Positions 50,692 through 64,000 of a DNA stretch of 64,000 bases are shown in pieces. How positions within the stretch are numbered: the stretch's first letter is position 1; the number at the start of each line of letters is the position of its first letter. This DNA comes from Camelus dromedarius. Lineage: Eukaryota. Position numbers and translations under genes: made by a program. The stretch spans positions 13,888,001-13,952,000 of the forward strand of contig NC_087439.1 of the NCBI RefSeq assembly GCF_036321535.1. The letters are read 5' to 3'. The notes under the pieces are model-generated. The model searched no databases. It saw only the letters and a program-made list of their open reading frames with translations, and had not been told where the DNA came from.

Positions 50692-51515
50692 AACTTCTGG
50701 CAGATCTCAATTACTTCTTGCTTTGCAACTTTCCATAATTAAAATTGCATTCTAAGTCCACCATAGAATATAAAGAGTACAAGGTAGGAGAGATCTTGAA
50801 CAGGGTTAGAGGTAAGACATCTCTTTATGTTTGTTTGCAGAGTGTTGCAGAGATTTTGAAAGGGAGGAATTTTCAATGAGAATCAGATTTAGCTTTGCTG
50901 AACATCTGTGTTCAGGTACACTGGGCTAAGTTCAGTCTGTGTTAATCTGCACCTCTCCCTCTCTCCGTATCTCTCTCTCTCTTTTTCTTTCTCCTTCCCT
51001 GAATAGCATTTCTATTCTTTTTTTTTTTTTAACCTTCCTTATTTCCTTTTATCCTAGGTTTCTCTTCTACATTGGCTAGGTAGATCTTGTTTTATGATGA
51101 GAGAATAAAATTGGAGTCACTAAGGTTAGAACAGTCTCTTTCCTGAAATGATTGACTGCTGCATAATGAGAGCCAAAATGAACATCTGATGAGGTCCTTG
51201 GGGACAAAAACATTTCACAGTCAAAAATTACATAGTCATCCCATCTCTGCAAATGCTTGTTACAAAGTGTGAATAATTATGGCAAAGGTAGTGCATGTGG
51301 AGCAAAACTGAGATCCACTGTGTAAAAACTTGATCTAAACTTCCTCCTGGAAGCTGGTTGAGATGTCCAGTCATTCACTCTCATAGTATCAAAAGGTACT
51401 GGGAGGCACAGAAAGCATAAGATCCTACAAGCCAATCTGGTCCCCATCACCTCTGCGTTACTTTAAGAACCCTAAGAAGATGAAGATTACTAAACGTTGA
51501 TTATCAAGTGTGGTA

Positions 51516-52156
51516 TAATCGACTCTCATTATTCGTTGTAGTTACGTTTCATCAGTCATCATAAAAACTGAATTAGCAAATACTGAATGATTGCTCCTAG
51601 GAGAAATACAGGGTTAGGTTCCTGTGAGCCTCTGGTTATATTTTCACCAACCAATCAATGCATAACCTTTTTTCATGTGTTTTCCTTTTTGAAGATACTG
51701 TACTTAGTATTTAATATTGTTGATTCATTAACATTGAACTCCTGGTCACAGGATTATAACTCATGCTTGAACAAAAATTACCTAACACATGCGCTATCTC
51801 TGTAAAGCACATCACAGCCTTCTTGCACCTAAGGAACACTGGTCAGCACTTCAGCACTATGCTTAGGGGCATTTTAAATAGGAAAATCATCAAAAAAAAG
51901 CACGAACATGTGGTAAAATAGCACTAAAAGACCATGAAAAGGACACTGATTTACAGTATGAGAGCTGGAACAGGAAGGCATGGAGCTGCCTTCTTTAATC
52001 TCAGCTGGGAAAGTGTGCATCAGGCAGTGCAAACGTTCTGCTGTTCTGCACGTGCCTGTGAATGACAGAAAATGCAGCCAGTGTGGATTTCTGAATACAA
52101 TAATGAAGATAGGCATGTTTGCAATTCCAGAATCTTTAAATAATGGAGACCAACTG
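51516..52156 (+). mobile_element. MER82-like TcMar-Tigger element, near full length
   Basis: TIRs taatcgactctcattatt / aataatggagaccaactg, TA on both flanks; internal ttgctcctaggagaaatacagggttaggttcctgtgagcctctgg. Confidence 0.82.
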
Positions 52157-55100
52157 TACATGTAACATGGACATAGCATGCGATATTACTGGAAGAAAGA
52201 AAAAACAGGCATATTCAAGGCCTGCCAGAACATAAAACACAAGAAACGTATAGAAGTTATCCAGAACGGTTCATGCTCTGTAAATGAAAAGCAGCTACAT
52301 CCATTCATTTATCAAATGTCTGTTAAGCAAGCTCTTCAACACAGACACTGGACTAAGTACTGTTTAAAAAAAAAAAAAAAGATGGTGATAAAAGTCTTTT
52401 TTAAAACAGAATAAAATACAAGAGTATCAGTTGATAATTTTTATTTATTCCTATATATTGTCTGTCAGCTTATAAACATATGTTGAATACTAATTACATG
52501 CAAGTTCATAAGTTAAGTATCTCGCCAAATGCAAAGACTATAATAAACATGATCCCTGCCATCAAAGAGCTTTTAATTCATTTGTGGGGACAAGGTTAGG
52601 AAACATTACATTAGTATAAAGAGATCCAGTTGCAGGTCTTGGTTAAATTAGGACTTTTAGATTACGAACCTACAGGCTTTCCAAGAAGCAATTAGTAATC
52701 TGTTTCAAGATTACATCATAGAGAAGACAACAGATAACTTAGTCATTGAAGGGACTAATGCGATGGTTGAATCACGCATTTACTATATCCCAACTCTGCT
52801 GAGTGCTTTACATATATTATATTATTTTCATTTAAATCAACTTCAGGAAGTAGAAACTATAATTCATAACTCATGGGATAGGCTCTGGAAGCCCTGGAAG
52901 TTTAAGAAGGAGACAGCCACAATTTGAGCCTACGTCTGTCTGACTACAACCCATTTTATGACTTAATCTCTCTGAACACTCTCTTTCAGGGAGCTGGGGA
53001 CAGGAAGCATGACTCCAGCTTTGCAAAAGATTTGTTTCTGAAAGACCTTTTAAGGCACCATCCAGAGATTTATAGACAGGAGTAGGCATGAATTAATTGT
53101 GATTATCACAGTTAAGAGAGATTTCATTGGAACGATGATCTAATATATCAGATTAAAAATGTAAATCCTCTTCTCCTTTAGCTGTTTTTCACTTTTTTTT
53201 TTTTTTTTTTGTAGTATCAGTTATTACCTAAGACATCTATGGGGATTCATGTCAAAGAGAGTTACACTTACAAGAAAAAAGAACAGGGTACTTCAGTAAT
53301 TTACGCTTAAAACAGAGGCTTAAATCTCTGGGTGCCAAACCTTTTCTGCACTGCAGTTAAACTGCCGAACTGAAATAAATAGCATGCATTTTCATGGCCT
53401 TGAGAATATTTAAAATAGGATTATGGATTTGCTATCGACTCAGTTAGGAAAACTAAACTATAAGGAAGCAAGTCTCTGAATAAATAGTATTTATGAAAGA
53501 ATGGCAGTGAGAGAAAAGACAATATAGGCAAAAGTATGTTTGTTTCTCCTGGAAGTAAGTGGTAGGATGGTGCCAAGTTGGTTTTAGGATAATGGAATAC
53601 CTTTTATGATGAGGGAAGTAGTAGTTCTGTTGTTGGAAAAAATTATCTTTATTATGCTATGAAGAACTAGACTATCATGTAGGATTCTCTAATGTAGTAA
53701 ATACAGTTCACAAAAATTACACGATGCAACTATACCAAAATATTTTTAAGACACTGTATAAAAAAGGGCTTTGCAAATCAATTATACTTCAATAAAAAAA
53801 GGCTTTTCGAACAACAAGTATTGGTGAAAAGGAAAAATAAATATGGGAGAGAATTAAAGGTATAAGTAATATTTGTTAGTATTTTAGTCTACTTTCATTT
53901 GTTTTCTCAATTAATGATCACCATAACCTTTAAAACATTATCCATCTGGGATACACAACTGGTAAAACCATGACTGGAACTAAGATCTTACAGATTTCAA
54001 ACACTCAAGCATTGTTTTAACATGTTATCGTGCAGAACCATGTAAGATTCTTTCATTGTGTCACCCTTATGGTAAATGGCAGACACAGTAAAATACTCAA
54101 GATGGCGAGACTAAATATAAATGATGCTTAAAAAGATAAAGTCTAGATGTTGCTTAAATTCTGCTCTGATTTTGCAGAATCTATATAAAACAAGTAACAG
54201 TAAACTTGCTAATTAAAAAAAAATAGCCACAAATCGAATACAGTCATTCTGTTAGCCCACAGGCATCATGGTGCCAACACCACACAAGATATATAGTAAG
54301 CAATATGTTGACTTTTTCTTGCTTTATTTGAGTCTAGTAGGCTTCCCATTTGGAAAAGATAAGATATTGTTTTATTTTAGTATTCACAGTGTATTCACTC
54401 TGAATTGAAATATGATATTGTCAGCACACTATGAAAGCAGACAACCTAATAAGAAATTGTATAAGGTAAACATGTTTTCATTTAATATATTTATTTTATT
54501 TAAGAAAATGGATGGCTAATGACTAAAGTCTTATAAGCAGACAATACACCGAAGATACTTAGGCATCATTTTTCAGTTTCATGTAGGAATATTGTGTCCA
54601 GGATATACCCCAACTGACCTGAATAGAAGCATGAGAAGAATACACTTTATTATACATCAAGAGATCTTTGAGTGAGAATAAATCATTTTCTGATATAGTC
54701 CCTGTTAAATAAATTAACTAATCATCATAGAAAAACCTCCTTTGACTTGCTCTTAGAATTTAGTTCATGAGATGTTTTCTATAATGCAAAATTTCATTTC
54801 AAAGAAGCTCCCTAGCATCAGCTTTTAAATTATTCATATTTAACGTGTAACTTTAACGGTAATAGACTGCTGAATAAAGTACCAACCTCACTGACAGTGC
54901 CATTCTTTGCAATAAATTATTTTCATGTACCAGACTTTTCTGCATTAATTAATGCAAATAAGCTACTTTCACACCAATTGGTATTAAACTATTTCCTATG
55001 TACCAATACTAAAAATATCTGGTTTGATAACCTGAATAGCACTTAAAGGTCAATTGCTGACAGTGGCACAAGTAGGTTTTCAATTTATACTATAAAAAAA

Positions 55101-56100
55101 TTGAAACATCATCTAACTACCTGTACATTATATTTCTCTCTAGCATGCTAATGCATAAATAAATACATTGCAATAGGACAGCGTGAAAGACAAAATCTCA
55201 AACTTATTTCTATTTAGAATTTGAAAGGCAAGGATGAACATTACTGATTCAACAGCACTTGAAGGTATTTGCTGACTGAACCAAGAATGTAACTTAGGAA
55301 GTTATTCATTTCATTCTCCAGCAACTTTGGTGAAAATGTTCTTTCTTCATTTCAAGTCCTAGCTTGTGTTTTCTTGAGCAGATTACTTAACAATTTTACT
55401 TTACTCATCAGAAAAATGGAGAAAGCAAAATATATCCAACTGTTCCCTTATAAATATAAGACAAATTATAAAACAACAAATTACTTCGTTATACTAGGAG
55501 GCTAAAACAAAACTCAAATCAAAATCAGAAAAAAACTCTACTTAAATTGAAATTATACAATTTTTAAAATAAAAGTCTTACTATCAAGCAAGAGAAAAAA
55601 CATAAAATTAGTTGTATGTAGTTCGTATTAGTCACTTTTTACAACACTATATCCCCATAAATAAGACTCTTTGTGTTGAATACTTCTTAAAATTTTAGAA
55701 AAACATAGTGAATATAATTTTCCAGAATATATGATAGTGTTTACATATTAATAGCTATTTAGGTTGATATTATTTTTCACATATATAAAATACTGAAATT
55801 ATTTTCATTGCATGTTTATGCATATCCTTAGGATACATTCCCAGCAGTAAAATTTGTAGGTCAGAAGATATGCACATTTTACATTTTGCTTCATATTATT
55901 AAGTCATTTTCTAGAAAGATTAGAAACAATTTATAGTGCTATGTGCTATACAAGTATCTTAATTTTTTTAATGCCACAGTAAAATAATGTTACCCATTGT
56001 GCTGGTTTAGATTGTCTGAATGGCAAAAGCAAAAACAAACATCATTATCTAGACTTGCAGTTTGATTATGATTAAACTTGAATATCTTGTCACAGCTCTT

Positions 56101-56934
56101 TTTAATTGAAGTATAGTCAATTTACATGTTGTGTTAGTCTCTGGTGTACAACATAGTGATTCAGTTATGTAGATATAGATATATTCCTTTTCATATTCTT
56201 TTTCACTATAGGCCATTACAAGGTATTGAATGTAGTTCCCTGTGCTATTCAGTAGGACCTTGCTGTTTATCTATTCTATATATAGTACTTGGTATATATA
56301 TTATCTATAAATTATATTTATCTATAAATCCTGAACACCCGATTTAGCCCTCCCTATCCCCTTTCCTCCTTGGTAACCATAAGCTTGTTATCTATGTCTG
56401 TGAGTACATCTCTGTTTTGTAAATAAGTTCAGTTGTGTCTTTTTATTTATTTATTTTTTTAAGATTACACATGTAAGNNNNNNNNNNNNNNNNNNNNNNN
56501 NNNNNNNNNNNNNNNNNNNNNNNNNNNNNNNNNNNNNNNNNNNNNNNNNNNNNNNNNNNNNNNNNNNNNNNNNNNNNNNNNNNNNNNNNNNNNNNNNNNN
56601 NNNNNNNNNNNNNNNNNNNNNNNNNNNNNNNNNNNNNNNNNNNNNNNNNNNNNNNNNNNNNNNNNNNNNNNNNTGAACATTGGGGTGCATGTATCTTTTT
56701 GAATTAGAGTTTCCTCCATATATATGCCTAGGAGTGGGATTGCTGAACCATGGGGCGAGTCTATTTTCAGTTTTTTCAGGAATCACTATACTGTTTAAGT
56801 CCACGAACAATAAATGCCAGAGAGGATGTGGAGAAAAGAGAACCCTCCTACACTGTTACTGGGAATGTCGTCTGGTGCAGCCATCATGAAAAACAGTATG
56901 GAGATGCCTGAAAAATGAAAATTGACTTATCCTA
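56101..56934 (-). mobile_element. 5'-inverted L1 (3' part on minus 56101-56796, inverted piece on plus 56797-56934)
   Basis: Reverse L1 3' UTR/ORF2 end switches at 56797 to forward aagtccacgaacaataaatgccagagagg...; imperfect TSD ttgtcacagctctt / ttgtcataagttctt. Confidence 0.8.
56478..56673. other. Assembly gap (196 N)
   Basis: Run of N inside the L1. Confidence 1.
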
Positions 56935-57854
56935 TTGTCATAAGTTCTTAACATTCTGCATTTCTTCACTTGTGATTTATCTATCAATGTTTTTTCTATG
57001 GGATTATTCATCTTCGTTGATCTCTAAAAGCTCTTTTTATTTACAAATTGCAACTTTATTTTTGTGAATGCAGCTTAAATATTTTATCCAATTAATGTTT
57101 GCCTTTTCTCTTTGTCTCTGTATGTGTTTTCTAGAGAGAAATTCTAAATCTTTTTGTGATTATTTTTAAAAGTTACTTATTATCTCAGACCCTAATAGTA
57201 TGTCAAGAGAAGCTTCACTAATTCCACATAATAAACTTTAAACAATTATTGTTTCTAGTACTTCCAAAATCCAGGATCTCTTCAATTCACCTAAAATTAT
57301 TTCTTATTTAAGCTGTGAAGTATAAATTCAGTTTTGTTTTTTTTTCCTCTCCAAATAACAAGGCAGTTCTCCAATATACTTGGCTTCTAATTTATGTATT
57401 TTGTTAACATTACACCTAAATCCCTTATGTAACTGATCTTTTTTTTTCTAACTAGAATCACTACAACTTAAAATACATTTGAAACATCTGAGAAGATTAG
57501 TTCATTTCACCTTTTTTGTGACATATATATACTTTAAATCTTGCCCATTTAAATGCAGGTCTTAATCTCCTGATTAAATTCTATTTAAACTCCTGATTAA
57601 ATTTTAGTTAAACCAAGAAAAGGACTAATTATTCTCCAATAAAAATTTTATTGCTCATTACCTTTAAAAAACTCTTGAGTTTATTTCTTGAAAGATACTT
57701 TTATTGGTTGTGAAAATAATTTACTTGCTCATGTTTGTACTTAATGCTTTCTATCATCTTACTAATCTAAATATGCAGTGTGGTGTGACAGTGAAGACTG
57801 TGGGTTTAGTATTAAAGTGTCTGTGTGTATTGTTTCTCTTGTTCAACATTTACT

Positions 57855-59830
57855 AAGCAAACAAGGCAAGAATTTCCATTCTCACCATTCTTACTGAACA
57901 TCACACTAGAATTCATATTCAGTACAAGAAAATAAAATAAAATACATACTTATTGCAAAGTAAAAATGTTTCTATCCTCAACTGACATAATTATGTACAT
58001 AAAAAACCCAAGAAATTTTACAATATTTTCCAGCATTGATAAATGAGTTTAGTAATGTCTAAGAATAAAATGTCAATACAGAAAAATGAGTCCAAAAGTT
58101 ATACACTAGCAATGAACAATTGGGAGTTGAATTTCAAAAAGCATTGCCATTTACAATAGTGTCAAAAATGGTGAAATACTTAAATATAAAGATTAAAAAA
58201 TATGTGCAGGATCTATACACTCAAAACTACAATTTACTGATGAGAAAAGAGGAGAAGATCTAAGTATATTGCCATATATGGTATTCATACATTGGAACAC
58301 GGCATACAAGATGTCAGTTCTCCCAAAACCATCTTTGGATCTAACACAATTCCACTTAAAATTCCAGCAAAAAATATACTGACAGACTGGGTCTAAAATG
58401 TGTATGGAAGGGCAAATAAAACAGGACTAAAGAGAAAATTCAAAACAATTTTTAAAAAAAACAAAGTTGGAGGACTCACACAATTATTTTCTTATAAAGC
58501 TACCATAACCAAAACAGTATGTTAAATAAATGATAGACATGTAGATCACAGAATAAGATAAAGTCCAGAAATAGACATAGATATAAATATACATACATAT
58601 TCAATACTTTTTTTTAAAGCAAAGTCTCCATGGCAATTTAATGGAGAAAGAAAAATCAGACTTTTCAACAAATGATGCTGAAATAATTGGATGCCCATAA
58701 ACAAAACAATAAACTTTATCCATACTTTGCAACATGTATTAGAATTAAACAAAAATGAATCACAGACCTTCAATATATAACCTAGAAGTTCTTGAAAGAA
58801 GTAACACTAAGAAATATCTTTGTGAGTTTTGGTTAGGCAAAATTTCCTACAGAGAGAGCCATGCATAAGTGAAAAAAGCTAAACTGGATTTCATAAAAAT
58901 TAAGAATGTCTGATTTTCAAGAAAAATCACTTATTTCAAAATGAAATCGTTAACCCAAGACTAGAAGAAAATATCTGCAAATCACTTATGATAAAGGACC
59001 TGTATCCAAAAGAAATAAAGAACTCATATAATTAAACATAACAATCCCCTCCCCTACCAATATTGAGGAAAAGTTTCAACAAGCGTATACCCAAAGAAGC
59101 AATTAAGGACAGAGAAAAATTTTCAAAATGATTAGTCATTAGGAAAATTCAAATACCACTTACAAACTTAGTAGAATGGCAATAATGGTATTTATGATAC
59201 AAAGTGGTGATTACATGGAGTAACTGAAAAGTTTCATACATTTCTGGTGGGACTGTCAAATGGTATTTCAGAAAATAGTTTCACAGTCTCTTATAAAGTT
59301 AGATGTATGTTTAATATATGATTCAGCAACTCCTACTCTTAAGTACTTACCAAAGTGAAATTTAAATCAATGTTCACACAGAACCGTGTCTCAGTGTTTA
59401 TACTCCTTGTTCTGATAATCATCAACAACTTGACACTACATAAATGTCCCTCAACTGTGACATGAATAAATGGTGGTGTATCAATATAATCAACTACTAT
59501 TCTGCAGCAAAAAGGAACAAACTCCTAACACCCACAACATGCACGAGCCTCAAATGTATTATGAAAATTCAAAGATATCAGATTTAAAGGGCTACATACC
59601 ATATGAATCCATTTACAGGACTTTCTAAAAATGTAAAACTATGGAGACAAAAACTAATCAACAGTTGCCATGGGCTGGAATTAAAGGACTGAATACAGAG
59701 TGATGTGGAGTGAGTTTTTTGGCTGGGACACTATTTTATATTTTGATGATGGTAGTAGTTCCATGACTATATGTATTGTTAAAACTTGCAGCCCTAAACA
59801 GTAAAAAGATTGAATTTTCTTATATTTAAA
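57855..59830 (+). mobile_element. Old L1 (L1MC/MD-type): ORF2 C-terminal part plus 3' UTR
   Basis: acaaggcaagaatttccattctcacc, ataaatgagtttagtaa, aaagttggaggactcaca, aaagctaccataaccaaaacagtatg, ttttcaacaaatgatgctg and typical 3' UTR. Confidence 0.85.
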
Positions 59831-60034
59831 TATATACAGAGAGAGAGAGAGTTATTTGTTGTTAGAGATAAAGCCAGATATATAAGAGAAAAAAAGAACA
59901 TAGGGTATTTAAAAAAAACCTCTCAATCCATTAAGACACTACCAAGTATAATTTTTTGTAATTAAATTTGTCTTATTCCTTCTATGTTGCAAGATACGAT
60001 TTTGTAAATGAAGGAAGATGGGCTTTTTATTTTA

Positions 60035-60198
60035 TCATAATTCAATAAATCCAAGATGTGGATTTTTTTCACATTTTAACATCTCTGAAATTAAGATGAC
60101 TCTGAAACAAGTGGAACATCATAATTGAATAGCTTACTGGAACGCAAGATAATGGCACATCTTTCAACTGATGATCTCTCAGATTCGATGAAATCCAG
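60035..60198 (+). mobile_element. MER104/Kanga-type TcMar-Tc2 element
   Basis: ttttttcacattttaacatctctgaaatt...agattcgatgaaatccag with TA flanks. Confidence 0.75.
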
Positions 60199-60462
60199 TA
60201 ATTGTTCTCTGTTAGCAAACAAGTTTTGGTCAAGGGAAGTGTATCTTTGTCAAAGGGTTATGGGTTAAAACGCTGTGACTGCTGCACTCTGCTGACCTTC
60301 ATCCCACAAGACACTACCAATTACCCTCATGGCAACTGCTAAATGGGAAAGCACAATCAATACGGCATTGAGACACTTAGTAAGTCATTGAAGTATTTAA
60401 AGCAAGATTCCAGGGAACTGTAAGTTAAAAATGAAAATTAATTTCCAAGTAAGTGCTTAGGC

Positions 60463-60651
60463 CAGCGTGGTCAACAGAGCTTTCTGAAATGATGGACATG
60501 TTCAGTCTGCACTGGCCACAAGCCACGCGTGACTACAGAGTGCTCGAAATGTGGCTCATGCAACTGAGGAACTAATCATGTCACTTTATGTAGCATTAAC
60601 TTAAATGTAAGTAGCCACATGGAACTAGTAGGCTTGCAGTGCACAGAGCAG
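60463..60651 (+). mobile_element. MER3 hAT-Charlie element
   Basis: gctttctgaaatgatggacatgttc...gaaatgtggctcatgcaactgaggaact...tagccacat; TSD gcttaggc / gcttagcc. Confidence 0.85.
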
Positions 60652-63600
60652 GCTTAGCCACTGGGTTGCAGCATCTTTCGGATTAGGATAGAAGGACGAA
60701 GAGGTTGGTGGCCCCATTCACAGGTCTGAAAGTATCAGTGCTGCTTTGGTCTCCATGGCCCTACATCATCAACCTAGTTGGGATAAGAGAGAGACAGCTG
60801 GGATTAAGAAAGTGATAAACTGGGATTAAGAAAATGATAAGCACAGGAGGCACTAGGCCAGCAGCAAGAATACCAGCTCTACCTTCTTTCTCACATCCTA
60901 TTTACAAACTTTCAGGTTTTTCATAAAATTAACCAGCGAAATCTCTACCTGCCTCAATTTTATTTTTATTTTTGTTCTCAATGTGCTGGTGGGAATAAAC
61001 TTGTGAGATACAGATCAAGCTCTATCATTAGTTACATTTTCTAAATATACAACAATTAACATTGAGAATGAGGTTCAGGACTGTGACCCAGATCTGAGCT
61101 AAGATTAAGCACAGGCTATAATCTTTCCCACTGATAAACCCAAAATTTGTAAAAAGTAACAACAATATTTTATATCACTTTTGATTATTCTACTTCACAA
61201 TATTCCAGTATATTTTTGTACTTTTATATATTATATACTTTGCTATGGAAAGTTTTGCCAATTAAAAAGGTTTTCCAGTATAAAAACTAGTAAATTCAGA
61301 TTATTTCCAAAGTGTCTTCACGTGTTTAAACTGTAAGATAGTAATTTTAATTCCAGTACTTAATGATTTACCAGTCTTACATACACACCATCACTGGCAT
61401 AATGTGTGCATGTATATAATTGCATACGCATATGTGTTATATATGTATATATATCATGGATATTTCATGACTGTGCACCTTGTTCTCAACACAAAACAAC
61501 CCAGCTGAAGAGACAAGTGGAGGCTGAAAGCCAGTCTGTATCTTGGTTGTCCTCTTGGTTGGAGCTGTGTCCTACCAGAGGAAAAGCATCGTTTTCAGCA
61601 CACAACTTGCCCAGTCCTAGCCAAACAGGGTACTCATGAATGCAAGTGCTCAGAAGGCACAACTTTTCACAACTTGTTTATGTGGAGAGAGAGTACAATT
61701 TTTAATACAAAGATGCAGAGGCCCTGACATGTTTCTGGACATGTTCCATGTATCACACCGTGTTCACAAATCTTTAGGTTTCCATTGTCCGAATAAAGGC
61801 TTAAGGAAGGCTCTCCCAGAATTCTTGATTACAAGTAACAGAATTGCATTTTAGCTAACTAAAACTAAAAGGCATGTAGTAAAAAGGCATAATGGTTCTC
61901 AAAGAATAGTTGGGAAGATTTGAAAAAAATCACTGTGGGGGCTAAGTTTCTAGGAATATCAGGTGAAACTACACAATGAAACTGACTACTGGGAAAAAAA
62001 CAAAAAAACAAGAAACACAAAACACTGTTGCTACATGGATCCTGTAGAAAAGTTCCACCTCTTCACCCTGAAAAAGCCATTTTAGTGCTAGGAAGGTGAC
62101 TTGTAACAACTAACGTCAATGAAAGCCAAACACTTCTATGACCACCAACCTTGCAAAACTTAGAGACACCAAAGAGAGCCACCTCTCTCATATTGATCAC
62201 TTCCAAACTGAAGTTCAGTTGGTTGGTGGTCTAGGTTACATGCCTACATCCTGACTCTAGGAGATTTCCATGTTGAGAACAGAGAACTACGGTAACTAAA
62301 GAAAGGCTAATCAAAAGATGTTGGAAAACCAATTGAATTATTTACCCAGTATAAAGCCAATTAGGAATATAGCATTTAATGTAAAAAATAAAATAAAATT
62401 TGAGTCTACAGCAAATGAATCATCAACTGATTGCACACATTTCTCATTATGATTGTTCCGGACCTTCGTATGTTGACACAGAAAACTGTTTTTTTAAAAC
62501 GGTCTTAGAACACATGTTGGTCCAATAATTAGTCAAGAAATTGGTCTATAAATGTGGTACAATAATAATATTATTATTTATAGGATACATTTTATTAATT
62601 CCAAATAGATATAAACACTGTCATAATTAAAACAAAGCAAAATAGAACAGAAAAAAATACACCTCCATGTAGTGTAACTATGGAAATAAAATCAGAAAAA
62701 CAATACATAACCTGATGGAGAAGATGAAGAAAAAGAAAGGAAAGCATAAGAACAAGAATTATAAGTGTCCTGGGACAAGAAAGTAATTTCAGCTAGGCTA
62801 CTAGACTTTAAACAGAGTGAAGAGTTGTCTTCCAAGGTAATGAGGTTATATAAACAAGCAGTCTGAATTACTAGGCTTCGAATACTCTGTTTTTACTAAA
62901 GACATTCCCATTTTCCAGAGGCATTTGTTTAATAAAATTTTGGATCCAGAAAGGACTTTCTAATTTATTTAGCCTAAGCCTCTCATTTTACACCCAAGTA
63001 CCTGATTTATCATTTTTTGTATAATAACTATAGAAATGGTCACATAAATGTGAAAAACAAGGCAAGCACCTCAAAAACAATTCACCATGACTGTGCTAAA
63101 TACTGGAGCTCAGAAAGAGAAAAAAAAATACAATTACCATAGTTGGTTTTTATGATCAAGAACTCTATACAGTAGTAATAAACATGAGAAACAGACATCT
63201 GGAATAGATAATGATGAGAGAAACACAGAATTAAATGATATACTGAAAGGTGCCGATTCAGAGAAAAGCGAGATTAATAGCGGCTATAGGAAGCAGAAAG
63301 GGCCTCATGGAACCCTTGCTCCAGGAGGACCCTCCGAACAGACCTCTAAAATACACTCCTCAAATAATTTTCTCTTTCTGGAATAGAGTGATTGGTGTGA
63401 TTCTTTCCTTGCAGATTTCATCATGAAATCTCACTTTTGTTTTGCTTTGTTTCATTTTTCTCACTTGCTGTTCTTCTCTCTGGTGGTACTCTCAAAGATT
63501 CCAACAGGTACTGCCCTAGTTTTGATTTCTTTCCAAAATTATTTTTTGACCCTTAGAGCATATTAATAAGATTTTTTTTCTCAAATATAGAATATCTCCA

Positions 63601-63699
63601 ATATTTCTAAAAAGTAGTTATGATCTATAAAATGCTTATTATTCCAAATTCCATATTCATCTGGGAACTGTTATTAAAACCCTGCCTATATGATTAGAG

Positions 63700-63840
63700 T
63701 TGGTTCTCACAAAACTCCCAAGAGATGAGCATGATCATTCCCATTTTACATATCAGGTTATAGAATTTACTTACATCTAGAAATGTAGTAAGTAGAAGTG
63801 TAAGTGTTTTGAGTCTAAAGCCCATGCGCTTTCTCCTAAG
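63700..63840 (-). mobile_element. MIR SINE
   Basis: ttcccattttacatatcagg...gagtctaaagcccatgcgctttc reverse MIR; weaker MIR pieces also near 5780, 15780, 44100, 45500, 45850, 52780, 61000. Confidence 0.6.
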
Positions 63841-64000
63841 ACCAATACAACCTAAATTTCAATTCAGCTTAGTCATTGGAGCCACCCAACAAAATGATGC
63901 CAAGATTGGCACATTGTCGTATTTACCAGGTATTCTCTTAACAGTTTCCTGACTTCTTGAAATTTCTCCAGTTTCAAAGGGGCATTCACGTAGGGAAGAA

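Larger units (their letters stand above)
55760..57650 (-). mobile_element. Old L1M fragments (interrupted by the younger L1 at 56101-56934)
   Basis: ccttaggatacattcccagcagtaaaatttgtaggtcagaag...; ttgatctctaaaagctctttttattt reverse L1 motifs. Confidence 0.55.

Noticed and set aside
50903-51188. Two GAACATCTG E-box copies as a proneural bHLH enhancer
   Set aside because: Short motifs 280 nt apart; not distinguishable from background without conservation data.
56451-56889. ORFs spanning or next to the N gap
   Set aside because: L1 ORF2-end/3' UTR sequence extended artificially through Ns.
57655-57680. Possible recursive splice site ttttttaaag|gtaatg (minus strand)
   Set aside because: Weak polypyrimidine tract and donor; lies beside L1 debris.
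48147-64000. Search for the preceding DPP10 exon (VTFKASRHSVSPDLKYVLLAYDVKQ)
   Set aside because: Not found by eye, and the following exon (EYYITMVKW...) was not found in 1-1324; both presumably lie outside the window.

Overview
AT-rich mammalian genomic DNA, very probably camelid: it carries three tRNA-Ala-derived Vic-1-type SINEs and camelid-type L1 3' ends, plus one 196-N assembly gap. The whole window lies inside DPP10 (inactive dipeptidyl peptidase-like 10, a Kv4 channel accessory subunit) on the minus strand. Five canonical GT-AG coding exons (53, 82, 121, 155 and 98 nt; about exons 6-10 by human numbering recalled from memory) join into one uninterrupted 509-nt frame encoding part of the beta-propeller, including the DWLYEEE motif. 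Most were missed or only partly caught by the ORF track. The rest is intron, filled with L1, L2, MIR, hAT and TcMar DNA-transposon relics, solo LTRs and a roughly 4-kb internally deleted ERVL provirus (LTR33-like LTR, Leu PBS, gag/RT/RNase H/integrase/dUTPase remnants). I found no convincing new biological system. The best leads are modest: a candidate in-frame cryptic exon, a decoy acceptor in a 100-nt intron, a PBX-HOX/MEIS motif cluster, a twin-primed inverted L1, a dimeric minisatellite and an exonic CTCF-like site. Repeat family names come from recalled consensus sequences, not from a search, and many repeat boundaries are approximate.
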